Source: SAR202 cluster bacterium
GTDB lineage: Bacteria > Chloroflexota > Dehalococcoidia > Lucifugimonadales > UBA3495
Direction of reading: 5' to 3'
Length of the DNA: 64,000 nt
NCBI GenBank assembly: GCA_013204585.1
Contig: JABMNL010000009.1
Coordinates: forward strand, 22,058 to 86,057
The stretch's first letter is position 1. Each line of letters begins with the position of its first letter. Positions 28,593 through 37,602 of the stretch are shown one piece after another. Under the pieces are notes generated by a model. The model was given only the letters and a program-made list of their open reading frames with translations. It had not been told where the DNA came from and did no database searches. The position numbers were made by a program, and so were the translations under genes.

Positions 28593-29852
28593 CTAACTTG
28601 CTCCGAGAGTAATAAGCGAGTCTAGGTTGTAGGCAAAACCCAGGGCCGGGACTGCATCGCTGCCGCCCAATGCCCGGGATAGAGTGTCGTATCTCCCGCC
28701 GCCGCCCAATGGCCCCGATTGGTCGGGATGGCTGACTTCGAATATTACCCCGTTGTAGTAGGCGAGTCCGCGTACCAATCCAAAGTCCAAGACGACCTGT
28801 CCCTTGGTGTCTGACCCGTTGGACATTAGGCCGATGATTTCGGCTAGGCGGTTAGCAGCGTTTTGGTTGGCCCCGGCTGACGACAAGGCTTTTTTGACCG
28901 ACTCCAATGCCTGTTTGGGCTCGCCATTAATCACTGCTAGGTCGCTGGCTAATTCCAGACCCTGGCGGAGTTTGTCTTCGCTGTCAGTACCCCTAATCTT
29001 GTGGAGCAAACGTTCGACGACTTCTTCGGGGGTGCGTTGCCCCAATTGGTCAGCCGAGTTCCACTTGAGCAAGCCGAGCAGCACTGACCGGGCCTGCGTA
29101 TCGTCCAGGCCCTGTACCGCTTGGCGCAGCGCGGCGTCTTCGGAGTCACCATTACCTGGGTTACCGTTAGTCGCATTAATCGCGCCATTGGTTCCGCCGA
29201 CCAAGTGGAGGTGCCGGCCTTCTTCCAGAATTTTGGCCACTGCTGACCTGCCCTCGCTCAGCTTGGGCATGCTCTGGATTATGAACGACCGGGCACGGTC
29301 GGAGACGCCAACCGGATCCAGCAGACTGTTGAGTATGTCCAGGTCGGCCAAACGCAGGCTCCAGCCGCCCAGTCCCAACTTGGTTGGCACCGCCATGGCT
29401 AGGTTCAGGAGTTCAACGTCGGCGGTGACTTCCGATGAGCCGATTAGCTCGCCACCCACCTGGGTGAACTGGCCGCTGGCCTCTGGGTGGGACGCATCGA
29501 ACCGGAACACCGGCCCGCAATACTGCCACCGCGCCGGTAGACTGATGCTCGATGAGTTCTCCAAGTAGTGCCGCATGATGGGCGACGTAAACTCTGGGCG
29601 TAGGCTCACTGCGTTACTACCAGAGTCGATGAAACTGTATAACTGGGAGGCCATTTCGCCGCCCGATTTCCTTAGGAATAACTCGGTGGACTCCAAAACG
29701 GGAGTCTCCAACAAGCTATACCCGAAGCCGCTCAGTAGCTGAGCCAACCGGTTTTGGAGTTCTAGCTTGCTGCGCCAGGACTCTTCAGACAGGTCGTTCA
29801 TACCCTGAAGCCGGGAGATAATTTTGGTGGCTTGGGAGGGTTGGCGATACAT
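28593..29852 (-). CDS. hisZ: ATP phosphoribosyltransferase regulatory subunit (HisRS paralog without an anticodon-binding domain)
   Basis: 419 aa. Class II HisRS-like core (RPEFTSPIMRHY, GGGGRYD). It ends right after motif 3 and has a ~100-aa variable insertion. Confidence 0.75.
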   Translation of the reverse strand: MYRQPSQATKIISRLQGMNDLSEESWRSKLELQNRLAQLLSGFGYSLLETPVLESTELFLRKSGGEMASQLYSFIDSGSNAVSLRPEFTSPIMRHYLENSSSISLPARWQYCGPVFRFDASHPEASGQFTQVGGELIGSSEVTADVELLNLAMAVPTKLGLGGWSLRLADLDILNSLLDPVGVSDRARSFIIQSMPKLSEGRSAVAKILEEGRHLHLVGGTNGAINATNGNPGNGDSEDAALRQAVQGLDDTQARSVLLGLLKWNSADQLGQRTPEEVVERLLHKIRGTDSEDKLRQGLELASDLAVINGEPKQALESVKKALSSAGANQNAANRLAEIIGLMSNGSDTKGQVVLDFGLVRGLAYYNGVIFEVSHPDQSGPLGGGGRYDTLSRALGGSDAVPALGFAYNLDSLITLGAS

Positions 29853-29869
29853 CTTAAAAGGCCAAAATT

Positions 29870-29911
29870 CAGGTCAAATAAATAAGGACGTCTCGAATAA
29901 TTTGAGACGTC
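29870..29911 (-). terminator. Probable intrinsic terminator after the SDR gene
   Basis: On the minus strand: GACGTCTC-loop-GAGACGTC followed by CTTATTTATTT. Confidence 0.5.
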
Positions 29912-30000
29912 TGGTGACTCTGGGTATTGTACATCAGCCCAGGCGTTACTTCCAAGAACGGTGAGCGTGCTGCTAGACGTGGTTCCTAGCTCGGTTGGGC

Positions 30001-30753
30001 CTAGGGGTGGGCGTTAAGGCCGCCGTCAATATAGACGGGCTGCCCGGTGGAGTAATCGCAGGATTCGGAGCAGAGGTAGACCAGCAGCGGGCCGATGTCG
30101 CTGGGATTGCCCTTGCGCCGGAGGGGCGTATAGCGGACGAGCAGTTCTTCTTGCTGGGTTTCCAACGACTGGCCCTCAGTGTCGATTAACCCGGTGCCGA
30201 TGGCGTTGATTCGGATGTTAAACCGGCTCCACTCCACAGCGAAGGACCTGGTTAGGGCCAGGACAGCGGCCTGGCTGGCGGCAAAGGCTGAGCCGTTAAT
30301 CATGCCCCTTTCGGCCAGTTCTGAAATCATGTTAACCACGCGGCCAAATTCCGCCTTGGCCATGCGGGGCAATACCTGCTGGGAGAGTAGGAACGGCGCT
30401 TTGGCGTTGCGGGTCTGGACTGCGTCCCAATCGTCGGCGCTGATTTCTTCCAAGGGCTGGGCGTACATGCTCCGTGCGTCGTTGACCAGGATGTCCACCT
30501 TGTCATGGGACTGGTCGAACTGGGCCATGACGTGCTTCGCGCTATCGGGCAGATTGGCGTCCATCACGGCCCCATTGGAACTTGAGGGCAGCGATTTCAA
30601 TACCGCGTCCAGCAACGCCTGGGTGCGGGCCACGGCGAACACACTGGCGCCAGCCTCGACTAGGGCCTGTCCCCAAAATGGGGCTTCTTTGCCGCCAGAG
30701 GTTGCCAGTATTGCTGTTTTGCCGGAGAGGTCATATTCGGGTAGGACCGGCAT
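30001..30753 (-). CDS. Short-chain dehydrogenase/reductase
   Basis: 250 aa with an SDR fold. The glycine motif is atypical (TAILATSGGKE). Confidence 0.75.
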   Translation of the reverse strand: MPVLPEYDLSGKTAILATSGGKEAPFWGQALVEAGASVFAVARTQALLDAVLKSLPSSSNGAVMDANLPDSAKHVMAQFDQSHDKVDILVNDARSMYAQPLEEISADDWDAVQTRNAKAPFLLSQQVLPRMAKAEFGRVVNMISELAERGMINGSAFAASQAAVLALTRSFAVEWSRFNIRINAIGTGLIDTEGQSLETQQEELLVRYTPLRRKGNPSDIGPLLVYLCSESCDYSTGQPVYIDGGLNAHP

Positions 30754-30798
30754 TCAAGTTCTCCTGAAGCCAGGGCCGAGGCCCTGGGCGTTTAATAA

Positions 30799-31620
30799 TT
30801 ACGCTTCTAGAGCTACGACCGGAGCGTGGCCGGTGGGCGTGATACCGGCGGCCAACCCGCCACCATCGGCGATGAACATCTCGCCGGTCATATAATCTGA
30901 GGCTGCGGAGGCCAGATAGACGGCCAGTGGCCCAAAGTCTTCGGACTTGCCAAGCTTGCCGTTGGGCAGGAACTCGCCGCCCCTGGGCAGACTGGCGGCC
31001 ATGGAATCGGTTGCGCCGGTGGGCACAAATCCGGGCACGATGGTATTGGCGGTGATGCCGTAGCGGGCCAGGTTGAAGGACAGCACCCTAGAGAGCTGTA
31101 TCATGCCGCCCTTGCTGACGCAGTACATATAAATCTCGCGGCCACCCCGCAGACCGAACCCGGAAGCCACGTTGATAATCTTGCCGTGTTCCTGGGCGAC
31201 CATGGTCTGGGAGACTTCACGGGAGCAGTAGAACGCGCCGGTGAGGTTCACCCTCATTATCCGGTCCCATTCTTCGTCGGTCAGGTCCCAGATGGGCTTG
31301 CGGACGTTGTCGGATACGGCTCCGGCATTATTCAGCAGCACGTCAATCTTGCCGAACTGCTGCAAGCAGGTTTTCATCAGGTTGGCAACTTGGGCTGAGT
31401 CGGTAACGTCGGTGGCCACGGAAATAGCCTTGACGCCCAGGCTCTCAGCCTCGGCAGCGGCCTCTTCGATGGGGCCAGTGCGACGTCCGGCGATGACCAA
31501 GTCGGCCCCGGCGCGGGCCATGTCGCGGACCATTGCTCGGCCCAGTCCAGTCCCTCCGCCGGTGACGACAACCGTTTTTCCTTCCAGGCTTAGTGATTCC
31601 AGCATAGAAATGGCCCCCAT
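30799..31620 (-). CDS. Short-chain dehydrogenase/reductase (FabG-like)
   Basis: 273 aa. VVVTGGGTGLG, NNAG and YCVSK motifs. The start may instead be the second ATG (31605). Confidence 0.85.
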   Translation of the reverse strand: MGAISMLESLSLEGKTVVVTGGGTGLGRAMVRDMARAGADLVIAGRRTGPIEEAAAEAESLGVKAISVATDVTDSAQVANLMKTCLQQFGKIDVLLNNAGAVSDNVRKPIWDLTDEEWDRIMRVNLTGAFYCSREVSQTMVAQEHGKIINVASGFGLRGGREIYMYCVSKGGMIQLSRVLSFNLARYGITANTIVPGFVPTGATDSMAASLPRGGEFLPNGKLGKSEDFGPLAVYLASAASDYMTGEMFIADGGGLAAGITPTGHAPVVALEA

Positions 31621-31650
31621 CCTAACCTTCCCCCGACGCGGGGGAAGGGA
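31621..31650 (-). repeat. Partial third copy of the CCTTCCC...GGGAAGG hairpin element
   Basis: On the minus strand: CCTTCCCCC-GCGTC-GGGGGAAGG-TTAGG-ATG. The 9-bp stem ends 5 nt before the SDR ATG. Confidence 0.7.
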
Positions 31651-31705
31651 TTTTCGTTTGCGTTATGTTCGGCTTTTAACAAAGACTTGGGATAGCTAAA
31701 ACCGG

Positions 31706-32485
31706 TTAATGATCGCTCAGCGTTACGTCCCCGGCGGTCAAGGTTAACAGAGTACCGTCATCTTGACGAAGGAGCAGGTTACCCAACTCATCTGTACCCT
31801 CAGCCACGCCAGTGTAGGTATCGTCACCGCAGGTGGCTACCAGTCGTTGGCCGGTGGTTTCCAGTAGGTCTTGCCACTCGGCGATGGGCGATTTTCCCGA
31901 ACGTAGCGCCAGGTAAAGGGCGTCCAAGTCCATGAGGAATTGCCTGAGTAAATCTTCTCGTGGGACATCCTGTCCGGCGGCGGCGTTAACGCTCGTAGCG
32001 AAGGCGGAGATGTCTTCGTTCTCACCGGTGTCCAGGCTCACGTTCATGCCTACGCCGAGCACAGCATACCATACGGTATCCCCAACGATTGCGCTCTCGG
32101 CCAGGATGCCAGCAGCCTTGCGTCCGTCGATAAGCAGGTCGTTGGGCCACTTAATCTTTGGTTCCAGTCCAGTGACCTTGCGAACGGCCCTGGCCGCAGC
32201 TATCCCGCCGATGATGCTGATGAACGGCAGGGTTTCTAGGGTGGGACGAAAGAGCACCGACACAAGCAGATTGCCGGGTTGGGATACCCAACTGCGGCCT
32301 TGGCGTCCTCGGCCCTCACTCTGTACCTCGGCCACCACCACTGCGCCCTCTTCGGCGTCCCCTTCGCCCAACTTGGCGGCCTCGTCCATGGTGGAAGAAA
32401 GCTCAGGGAAGTAGAGTAGCCGCCGCCCAACTATGCGGGTGAACAACCCCTGACGAACAGTAGCCGCAACAAGATTAGGAGGCAT
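31706..32485 (-). CDS. birA: Biotin--[acetyl-CoA-carboxylase] ligase (no N-terminal HTH)
   Basis: 259 aa. GRGRQGRSW motif and a C-terminal SH3-like domain. Confidence 0.85.
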   Translation of the reverse strand: MPPNLVAATVRQGLFTRIVGRRLLYFPELSSTMDEAAKLGEGDAEEGAVVVAEVQSEGRGRQGRSWVSQPGNLLVSVLFRPTLETLPFISIIGGIAAARAVRKVTGLEPKIKWPNDLLIDGRKAAGILAESAIVGDTVWYAVLGVGMNVSLDTGENEDISAFATSVNAAAGQDVPREDLLRQFLMDLDALYLALRSGKSPIAEWQDLLETTGQRLVATCGDDTYTGVAEGTDELGNLLLRQDDGTLLTLTAGDVTLSDH

Positions 32486-32530
32486 GGTTAACTAAACGCC
32501 ATAACGATTCATGAAAACCCGGCGAGCCGG

Positions 32531-33913
32531 TTACCAGTTGTGTTCGATTTTGTCTTTTAGGGTGTCTACTAGTTCTGAGACTGGCACCCGTGCTTGGAAC
32601 ATTGAGTCGCGGTCGCGGATCGTCACTTGGTTATCGTCGATGGTATCGAAATCGATCGTCACGCAGTAAGGAGTGCCAATCTCGTCCTGGCGACGGTAGC
32701 GGCGACCGATGCTCTGGGCGTCGTCATATTGAGTGCGGAAGTGCTTGCGCAGCAGGTCATAGACCCTGCGGGCGGTGGGCAGCAGTTTATCGTTCCTGCT
32801 CAGCGGCAGGGCGGCCACGGTGACCGGCGCTAGGTCGCGGTGGATGTGGGAGACCACGCGCACGGCGTCTCCGTCGGGCTCCTCGTCGTAGGCGTCTAAC
32901 CAGAAGGCCAGAGTTGCGCGATCCACGCCGCCGGACGGTTCAATCACGTAGGGCAGGTAACGTTGCTCTTCGCCTTCCTCGACTATTTCCTCGAAATAGG
33001 TCAAGTCTTGGCCGCTGGATTCCATGTGCTGGCGGAGGTCGAAGTCGGCGCGGTTGGCGATGCCCTCGAGTTCAGCCCAGCCCCAGGGGAAACGGTACTC
33101 AATGTCGTAACAGGCCTTGGCGTAATGGGCCAGTTCGTCGGGGCCGTGGCGGCGCAGCCGCAGATTCCCTGGGCGAATTCCCAATTTCACATACCATTGG
33201 AAGCGTGCCGTGACCCACTTATCCAGCCATTGATCGTCGGTGCCAGGCTTCACGAAGAACTCCGCTTCCATCTGCTCGAATTCCCTGGTGCGGAAGGTGA
33301 AGTTGCCGGGAGTAATCTCATTGCGGAAGGATTTGCCAATCTGGCCGATGCCGAAGGGCAGCTTCTTGCGTGTCGAGTTCAATACGTTGGCGAAATTGAC
33401 GAAGATGCCTTGGGCAGTTTCGGGCCGTAGAAACACCTCGTTAGCCGTATCTTCCACTGGCCCCATGAAGGTCTTGAACATCAGGTTGAAGCGGCGGGGT
33501 TCGGTCAGTTCGCCCTTGCAGTCTGGGCAGCGCAGCGTTTTCATGGCGGCCGCCGCTTCAGCTGACTCTGGGTCGATGCCAATGGCTTCTAGCAGATGGT
33601 CTTGGCGGAACCGGGAGTTGCATTCTTTGCACTCGACCAGCGGGTCGGAGAAGTTCTCCACGTGGCCGCTGGCAATCCAGGTTTGAGGGTGCATTAGGAT
33701 GGCGGCGTCCAGGCCCACCATATCGTCCCGGTCGCTGATTACCGAACGCCACCAGGCGTCTTTAACGTTGCGCTTGAGTTCGACGCCCAAGGGGCCGTAA
33801 TCCCAGGTGGAAGCGAGTCCGCCGTAGATTTCTGAGCTTTGGAACATGAAACCCCGGCGCTTGGACAGAGACATCATCTTGTCCATGTCGGCGTAGGGCA
33901 TATAGCGGACCAA
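32531..33913 (-). CDS. glyQS: Glycine--tRNA ligase (dimeric GlyQS type)
   Basis: SKRRGFMFQSSEIYGG and FRNEITPGNFTFRTREFEQMEAEFF. The preferred start is TTG 33913 with AGGAGG 7 nt upstream. The track start is 34003. Confidence 0.9.
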   Translation of the reverse strand: MVRYMPYADMDKMMSLSKRRGFMFQSSEIYGGLASTWDYGPLGVELKRNVKDAWWRSVISDRDDMVGLDAAILMHPQTWIASGHVENFSDPLVECKECNSRFRQDHLLEAIGIDPESAEAAAAMKTLRCPDCKGELTEPRRFNLMFKTFMGPVEDTANEVFLRPETAQGIFVNFANVLNSTRKKLPFGIGQIGKSFRNEITPGNFTFRTREFEQMEAEFFVKPGTDDQWLDKWVTARFQWYVKLGIRPGNLRLRRHGPDELAHYAKACYDIEYRFPWGWAELEGIANRADFDLRQHMESSGQDLTYFEEIVEEGEEQRYLPYVIEPSGGVDRATLAFWLDAYDEEPDGDAVRVVSHIHRDLAPVTVAALPLSRNDKLLPTARRVYDLLRKHFRTQYDDAQSIGRRYRRQDEIGTPYCVTIDFDTIDDNQVTIRDRDSMFQARVPVSELVDTLKDKIEHNW

Positions 33914-34049
33914 TGGGGTACCTCCTGGGTTGCGGTGCAACCGCATTAAGAAATGATTTTTCGTTTCAGTAGCCCTTGAGAGAGCCACAGTCGAGGTTAC
34001 CAATTACCGTTGGGGATGTAAACGGGCCGTAGGGGGTTTAAGTGGCAGA

Positions 34050-36152
34050 CTAATTTATGTGGGGAGGGACTTCACCGACGATGGGCATTGATAGACGTAC
34101 GGCTTCCGCCAGGTTGTCGGCCCGCAGGTCTTCCAACTTGAGGTATTGAGCGCCCATGGCTTCGGCGATGGGTTGAATCATCCCTAATCTGACGAAGCCA
34201 GACTCGGTGTCCACCACCACGGAAGGTATCTTGCTCTCGCCAATAATTCCGGCGGCGGCGGCTGATTCGTCCAACGGCGAACCGTGCCCTAGTGCCACGT
34301 TACCTCGACCGTCTGAAAGCAATACCAATAAGGGCAATACGTCCCGATCCTTCATGCGCTCGAACTCAATAATTTCTAATGCTTTGAAGAGACCGGCGCT
34401 CAGCGGCGTTCGTCCGCCGGTGGGCATGTCTTGCAGGTGCACCTGGGCCAAATCAACGCTGTTGGTGGGCGGCAGCAGCAACGATGCGCTGGTGCCCCTA
34501 AATGAAATCAGTCCAACACGGTCGCGCCGCTGGTAGGCGTCCAATAGCAGGGACATGATGGCCCCTTTTACCGCCACCATCCGGCGCTGAGCGCCCATGG
34601 AGCCGCTGGCATCCACCACGAACAACACCAGGCTGCCAGCCTTGCTTTCCCTGACCTTGTCGCGGATGTCCCACGGTTCAATCAACACGGCATTGGTCGA
34701 GTCGGACGCGGCCCTGCGGCTTTCTTGATGGGGAGCTGCGGCGCGTAAAGTGGCGTCAAGGGCCAGCCCGGTCGATTTGCCTTGGGGCATGCTTGAACGC
34801 ACGTAGCGGCCAGCCGATGAGTCGGTGATGGTGGTGCTGCGTCTTCCGGAAGCGTGCCGGGAACGCTGGTCGGGTGGCTTTAGGTCTAACGACCGCACGG
34901 AGAAGGGGTCGCCAACTTCAAATTGTTGTTCCTGCCCCAGGGATGGAGGGCCGGGAGTTTCAGACTCATCGTCCGGCTCCGGGGTTTCTAATTCGTCGTC
35001 TTGCGGCGATACATCTGATGGCTCCGGGGGGGGCGGGGGCTCGGAATCACCCTCTCCTTGGTTATTGTCACTGGGTTGGTCTTGGGGGTCGCGATTGTTG
35101 TCCTGGCTTTGAAAGTCGTCAACCATCGAGTCCAGTTGGTCGGTGGCCAGGTTGGGCTGCTGGAAGGGCTGACGCCGCTGCCGGTGTAGCAGGGTCAAGT
35201 TGGCGGCCTCGCGTACATCCTCGGCATTGACCTCAGTTCGGCTCTCATAGGCCGCGATGGTGCTGGCAGTCTTGTACATCACAATGTCGCCGCGCATGCC
35301 GTCGATGTCGTACTCGGCGCAGATGCCGGTGATGAGCGCCAAAATGTCGTCGGATACCTTTACCTGGGGCAGCAATTGCTGACTGCGCAGCACTCGCTCG
35401 CGCTCTTCTTGCTCGGCATCTTGCCACTGCGCCATGAACGATTGTGGGTCGGCTTCGTAGGATATGCGGCGCTTGACCACTTCCTGGCGTTCTTCCGGTG
35501 AGAACCGTCCGTCCACTTCCACGGCCAGGCCGAACCGGTCTAGGAGTTGGGGTCGAAGGTCGCCTTCCTCTGGGTTCATGGTGCCAACGAGGATGAACTC
35601 AGACTTATGGGTGACCGAGATGCCCTCGCGTTCGACATAGTTACGGCCCATGGCGGCGGCGTCTAGCAGAATATCCACCAGGTGGTCGTTCAGCAGGTTC
35701 ACTTCGTCGATGTAGAGGATGCCCCGGTGGGTGGCGGCAATCAGTCCGGGTTCAAAAACCCGGTTGCCGGTCTTGATGGCTTGTTCAATGTCTAGAGAGC
35801 CCACCAGCCGATCCTCGGTGGCACCCACGGGCAGGTCCACTATGGGTATTTGGCGTGACACAATCGGCGCGCCGTCATTCTTGGGCTCGCACCGGCTGCA
35901 CAGCCCTTGTCGTTCTTCAGGGCTGCAGTTGTAGGGGCAGCCCTGCACCACTGTAACTTCGGGAAGCAACGCGGCGAGCGAACGGACCGCAGTTGACTTG
36001 GCGGTGCCTTTTTTGCCGCGCACCAAGACGCCGCCAATCTTGGGATTGACGGCGTTCAGCAGCAATGCCCGTTTCATGGCCGTTTGACCGACGATGGCCG
36101 TAAATGGGAACCGGGACTCAGTACTGGGGGTCGATGCGTTATGTTGGGTCAC
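34050..36152 (-). CDS. ChlI/ChlD-type AAA+ / vWA chelatase subunit (ChlID; predicted cobaltochelatase partner of CobN)
   Basis: 700 aa. ChlI-like AAA+ region (GKKGTAKST, ILYIDEVNLL), an acidic Pro-rich linker and a C-terminal vWA domain (LFVVDASGSM). The GTG start overlaps the cbtA stop by 1 nt. Confidence 0.8.
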   Translation of the reverse strand: MTQHNASTPSTESRFPFTAIVGQTAMKRALLLNAVNPKIGGVLVRGKKGTAKSTAVRSLAALLPEVTVVQGCPYNCSPEERQGLCSRCEPKNDGAPIVSRQIPIVDLPVGATEDRLVGSLDIEQAIKTGNRVFEPGLIAATHRGILYIDEVNLLNDHLVDILLDAAAMGRNYVEREGISVTHKSEFILVGTMNPEEGDLRPQLLDRFGLAVEVDGRFSPEERQEVVKRRISYEADPQSFMAQWQDAEQEERERVLRSQQLLPQVKVSDDILALITGICAEYDIDGMRGDIVMYKTASTIAAYESRTEVNAEDVREAANLTLLHRQRRQPFQQPNLATDQLDSMVDDFQSQDNNRDPQDQPSDNNQGEGDSEPPPPPEPSDVSPQDDELETPEPDDESETPGPPSLGQEQQFEVGDPFSVRSLDLKPPDQRSRHASGRRSTTITDSSAGRYVRSSMPQGKSTGLALDATLRAAAPHQESRRAASDSTNAVLIEPWDIRDKVRESKAGSLVLFVVDASGSMGAQRRMVAVKGAIMSLLLDAYQRRDRVGLISFRGTSASLLLPPTNSVDLAQVHLQDMPTGGRTPLSAGLFKALEIIEFERMKDRDVLPLLVLLSDGRGNVALGHGSPLDESAAAAGIIGESKIPSVVVDTESGFVRLGMIQPIAEAMGAQYLKLEDLRADNLAEAVRLSMPIVGEVPPHIN

Positions 36153-36919
36153 TAGTTGACTCGCGCTCCGGTTACCGAATCAAAGTGGTTGCCCGTCTTT
36201 GCGTCGCGTCGTTCGTACCACTGAATACCGGCGACGGCTCCGGCGGCCATTAATGCCCAAATTAGAAACTGGCCAATCATGCTTAGCGTGCGGAACAATT
36301 CCAAAAGGTCGATGGGCACTGGCACTGGGTCGGGATTTGGCGGATAGGCAAAGAACATGATGACGGCAAATACCACATACGCCAACGCTGCGCCGCTGTA
36401 CATCTTGAGCCTGATTCTGGTCTCTTGGAAGCGTTGGTTAATTTCACGCAACCCGTAGAGTAATACACCTACTCCGACCACAGACAGAATCATGAACGTT
36501 ATTTGCAGACCCTGCCGGTAGGTTAGGGTGTCTGGTTCGCCGACCCCAGGTGGAACCAGCGGGTAGCGAATGAACGGAAATAGTGACAACGCCCAGAACC
36601 CAAGAGTCGCCGCAGTTATTGCGAGAGCCAGGGGTTTCCAGTCTGGCGCCACCCGGCGCAGCGCGGAATAACCGGCGGCGAAAACTATACCGAGAATAGC
36701 GCCATAGATTCCGGTGCCAAGGGCCATTCCCCAGCGTTGGGTACGCAGAGACACCAGTGGATCTTCTTCGGGCGCGTTGGGGTTCTCCAGCGCGGAGCGT
36801 GCTTCTTCAATGTCGATTGCCCGTTCGATGACCGGCACGGTAAACAGATTATGGAAACCGCCCACCAACAGACCGGCGAGCAGGCCGACCAACAGTCCGA
36901 CAATTAATATTCTAGGCAT
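36152..36919 (-). CDS. cbtA: Cobalt transporter subunit CbtA
   Basis: 255 aa polytopic membrane protein. The N-terminus LLVGLLAGLLVGGFHNLFTVPVIERAIDIEE is typical of CbtA as I remember it. Sits downstream of cbtB. Confidence 0.7.
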   Translation of the reverse strand: MPRILIVGLLVGLLAGLLVGGFHNLFTVPVIERAIDIEEARSALENPNAPEEDPLVSLRTQRWGMALGTGIYGAILGIVFAAGYSALRRVAPDWKPLALAITAATLGFWALSLFPFIRYPLVPPGVGEPDTLTYRQGLQITFMILSVVGVGVLLYGLREINQRFQETRIRLKMYSGAALAYVVFAVIMFFAYPPNPDPVPVPIDLLELFRTLSMIGQFLIWALMAAGAVAGIQWYERRDAKTGNHFDSVTGARVN

Positions 36920-37108
36920 GAATGAACCTCTCTATATAGGTCTATGGAACAACTTGATGTTGAGGAATGTTGCGGAAGGCTGATTCCCAATCGAATACAG
37001 TATGAGTAAATAATTGGAAATTGCGCAACATAAGGTTATACAGTGAGGCACCAGGCGAAAATCGACCCGGTTGTTTTGGTGGGGCTAGAGGCTGGTGGGT
37101 TGAGTAGC

Positions 37109-37137
37109 CCCGCAGTCTCCGGGGTGGAGACTGCGGG
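37109..37137 (-). other. Strong 12-bp stem-loop in the cbtB-cbtA spacer
   Basis: CCCGCAGTCTCC-GGGGT-GGAGACTGCGGG. No U-run follows on the minus strand. Confidence 0.6.
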
Positions 37138-37191
37138 AATCTGCTCTTTTTTGTGGATCTTAGGAGTGCCTACCAGGAGAGAACTCCTAGC

Positions 37192-37389
37192 TTAGTGGCA
37201 CATCAGGGCAACGTGACGGGCGTGGTGGAAGACCTCATGAGCGAAGGCCATCTTGGTGCCCAAGAATGAACCCTGGGCTGCGCCGTCAACGAACCCAACA
37301 AAATACAACGCGACGGTTGCCACCGCAATTGCGGGTAGCCATCGGGAAATCTCTCGGTTACCTACGGACTGCCTAATCACTTCTACCAT
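37192..37389 (-). CDS. cbtB: Cobalt transporter subunit CbtB
   Basis: 65 aa with one TM helix and a His-rich C-terminus (AHEVFHHARHVALMCH). GAGGAGG SD. Confidence 0.75.
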   Translation of the reverse strand: MVEVIRQSVGNREISRWLPAIAVATVALYFVGFVDGAAQGSFLGTKMAFAHEVFHHARHVALMCH

Positions 37390-37572
37390 TTCATCCTCCT
37401 CAGGGTTTTCTCAGAATCTAATTCAGATTTCAGGGGTAACGGGCCAGTGGACGAAACCATCTGGCTGAGTTTGCTTAATTTTCCACCAGGATTATAGCCC
37501 ATTGGACTATCGCCCCAAACAACCTATATATTCGATTTTTCGTAAATTGCCCAACTGGCCGTCCAATCGAGC

Positions 37573-37602
37573 AAAAAAAATGCCCGACGGGTAGGGTCAG
37601 GC
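37573..37602 (-). terminator. Intrinsic terminator forming the expression platform of riboswitch A
   Basis: On the minus strand: GCCUGAC-CCUACCC-GUCGGGC-A-U8. Confidence 0.75.

Noticed and set aside
33914-34049. A possible T-box or other leader upstream of glyQS. I also checked upstream of cysS (14116..14263) and hisZ (29853..30000).
   Set aside because: The regions are too short, and I could find no specifier-loop/T-box consensus or terminator/antiterminator pair. Only a small hairpin (TGCGGT-TGC-ACCGCA) lies before the glyQS SD.
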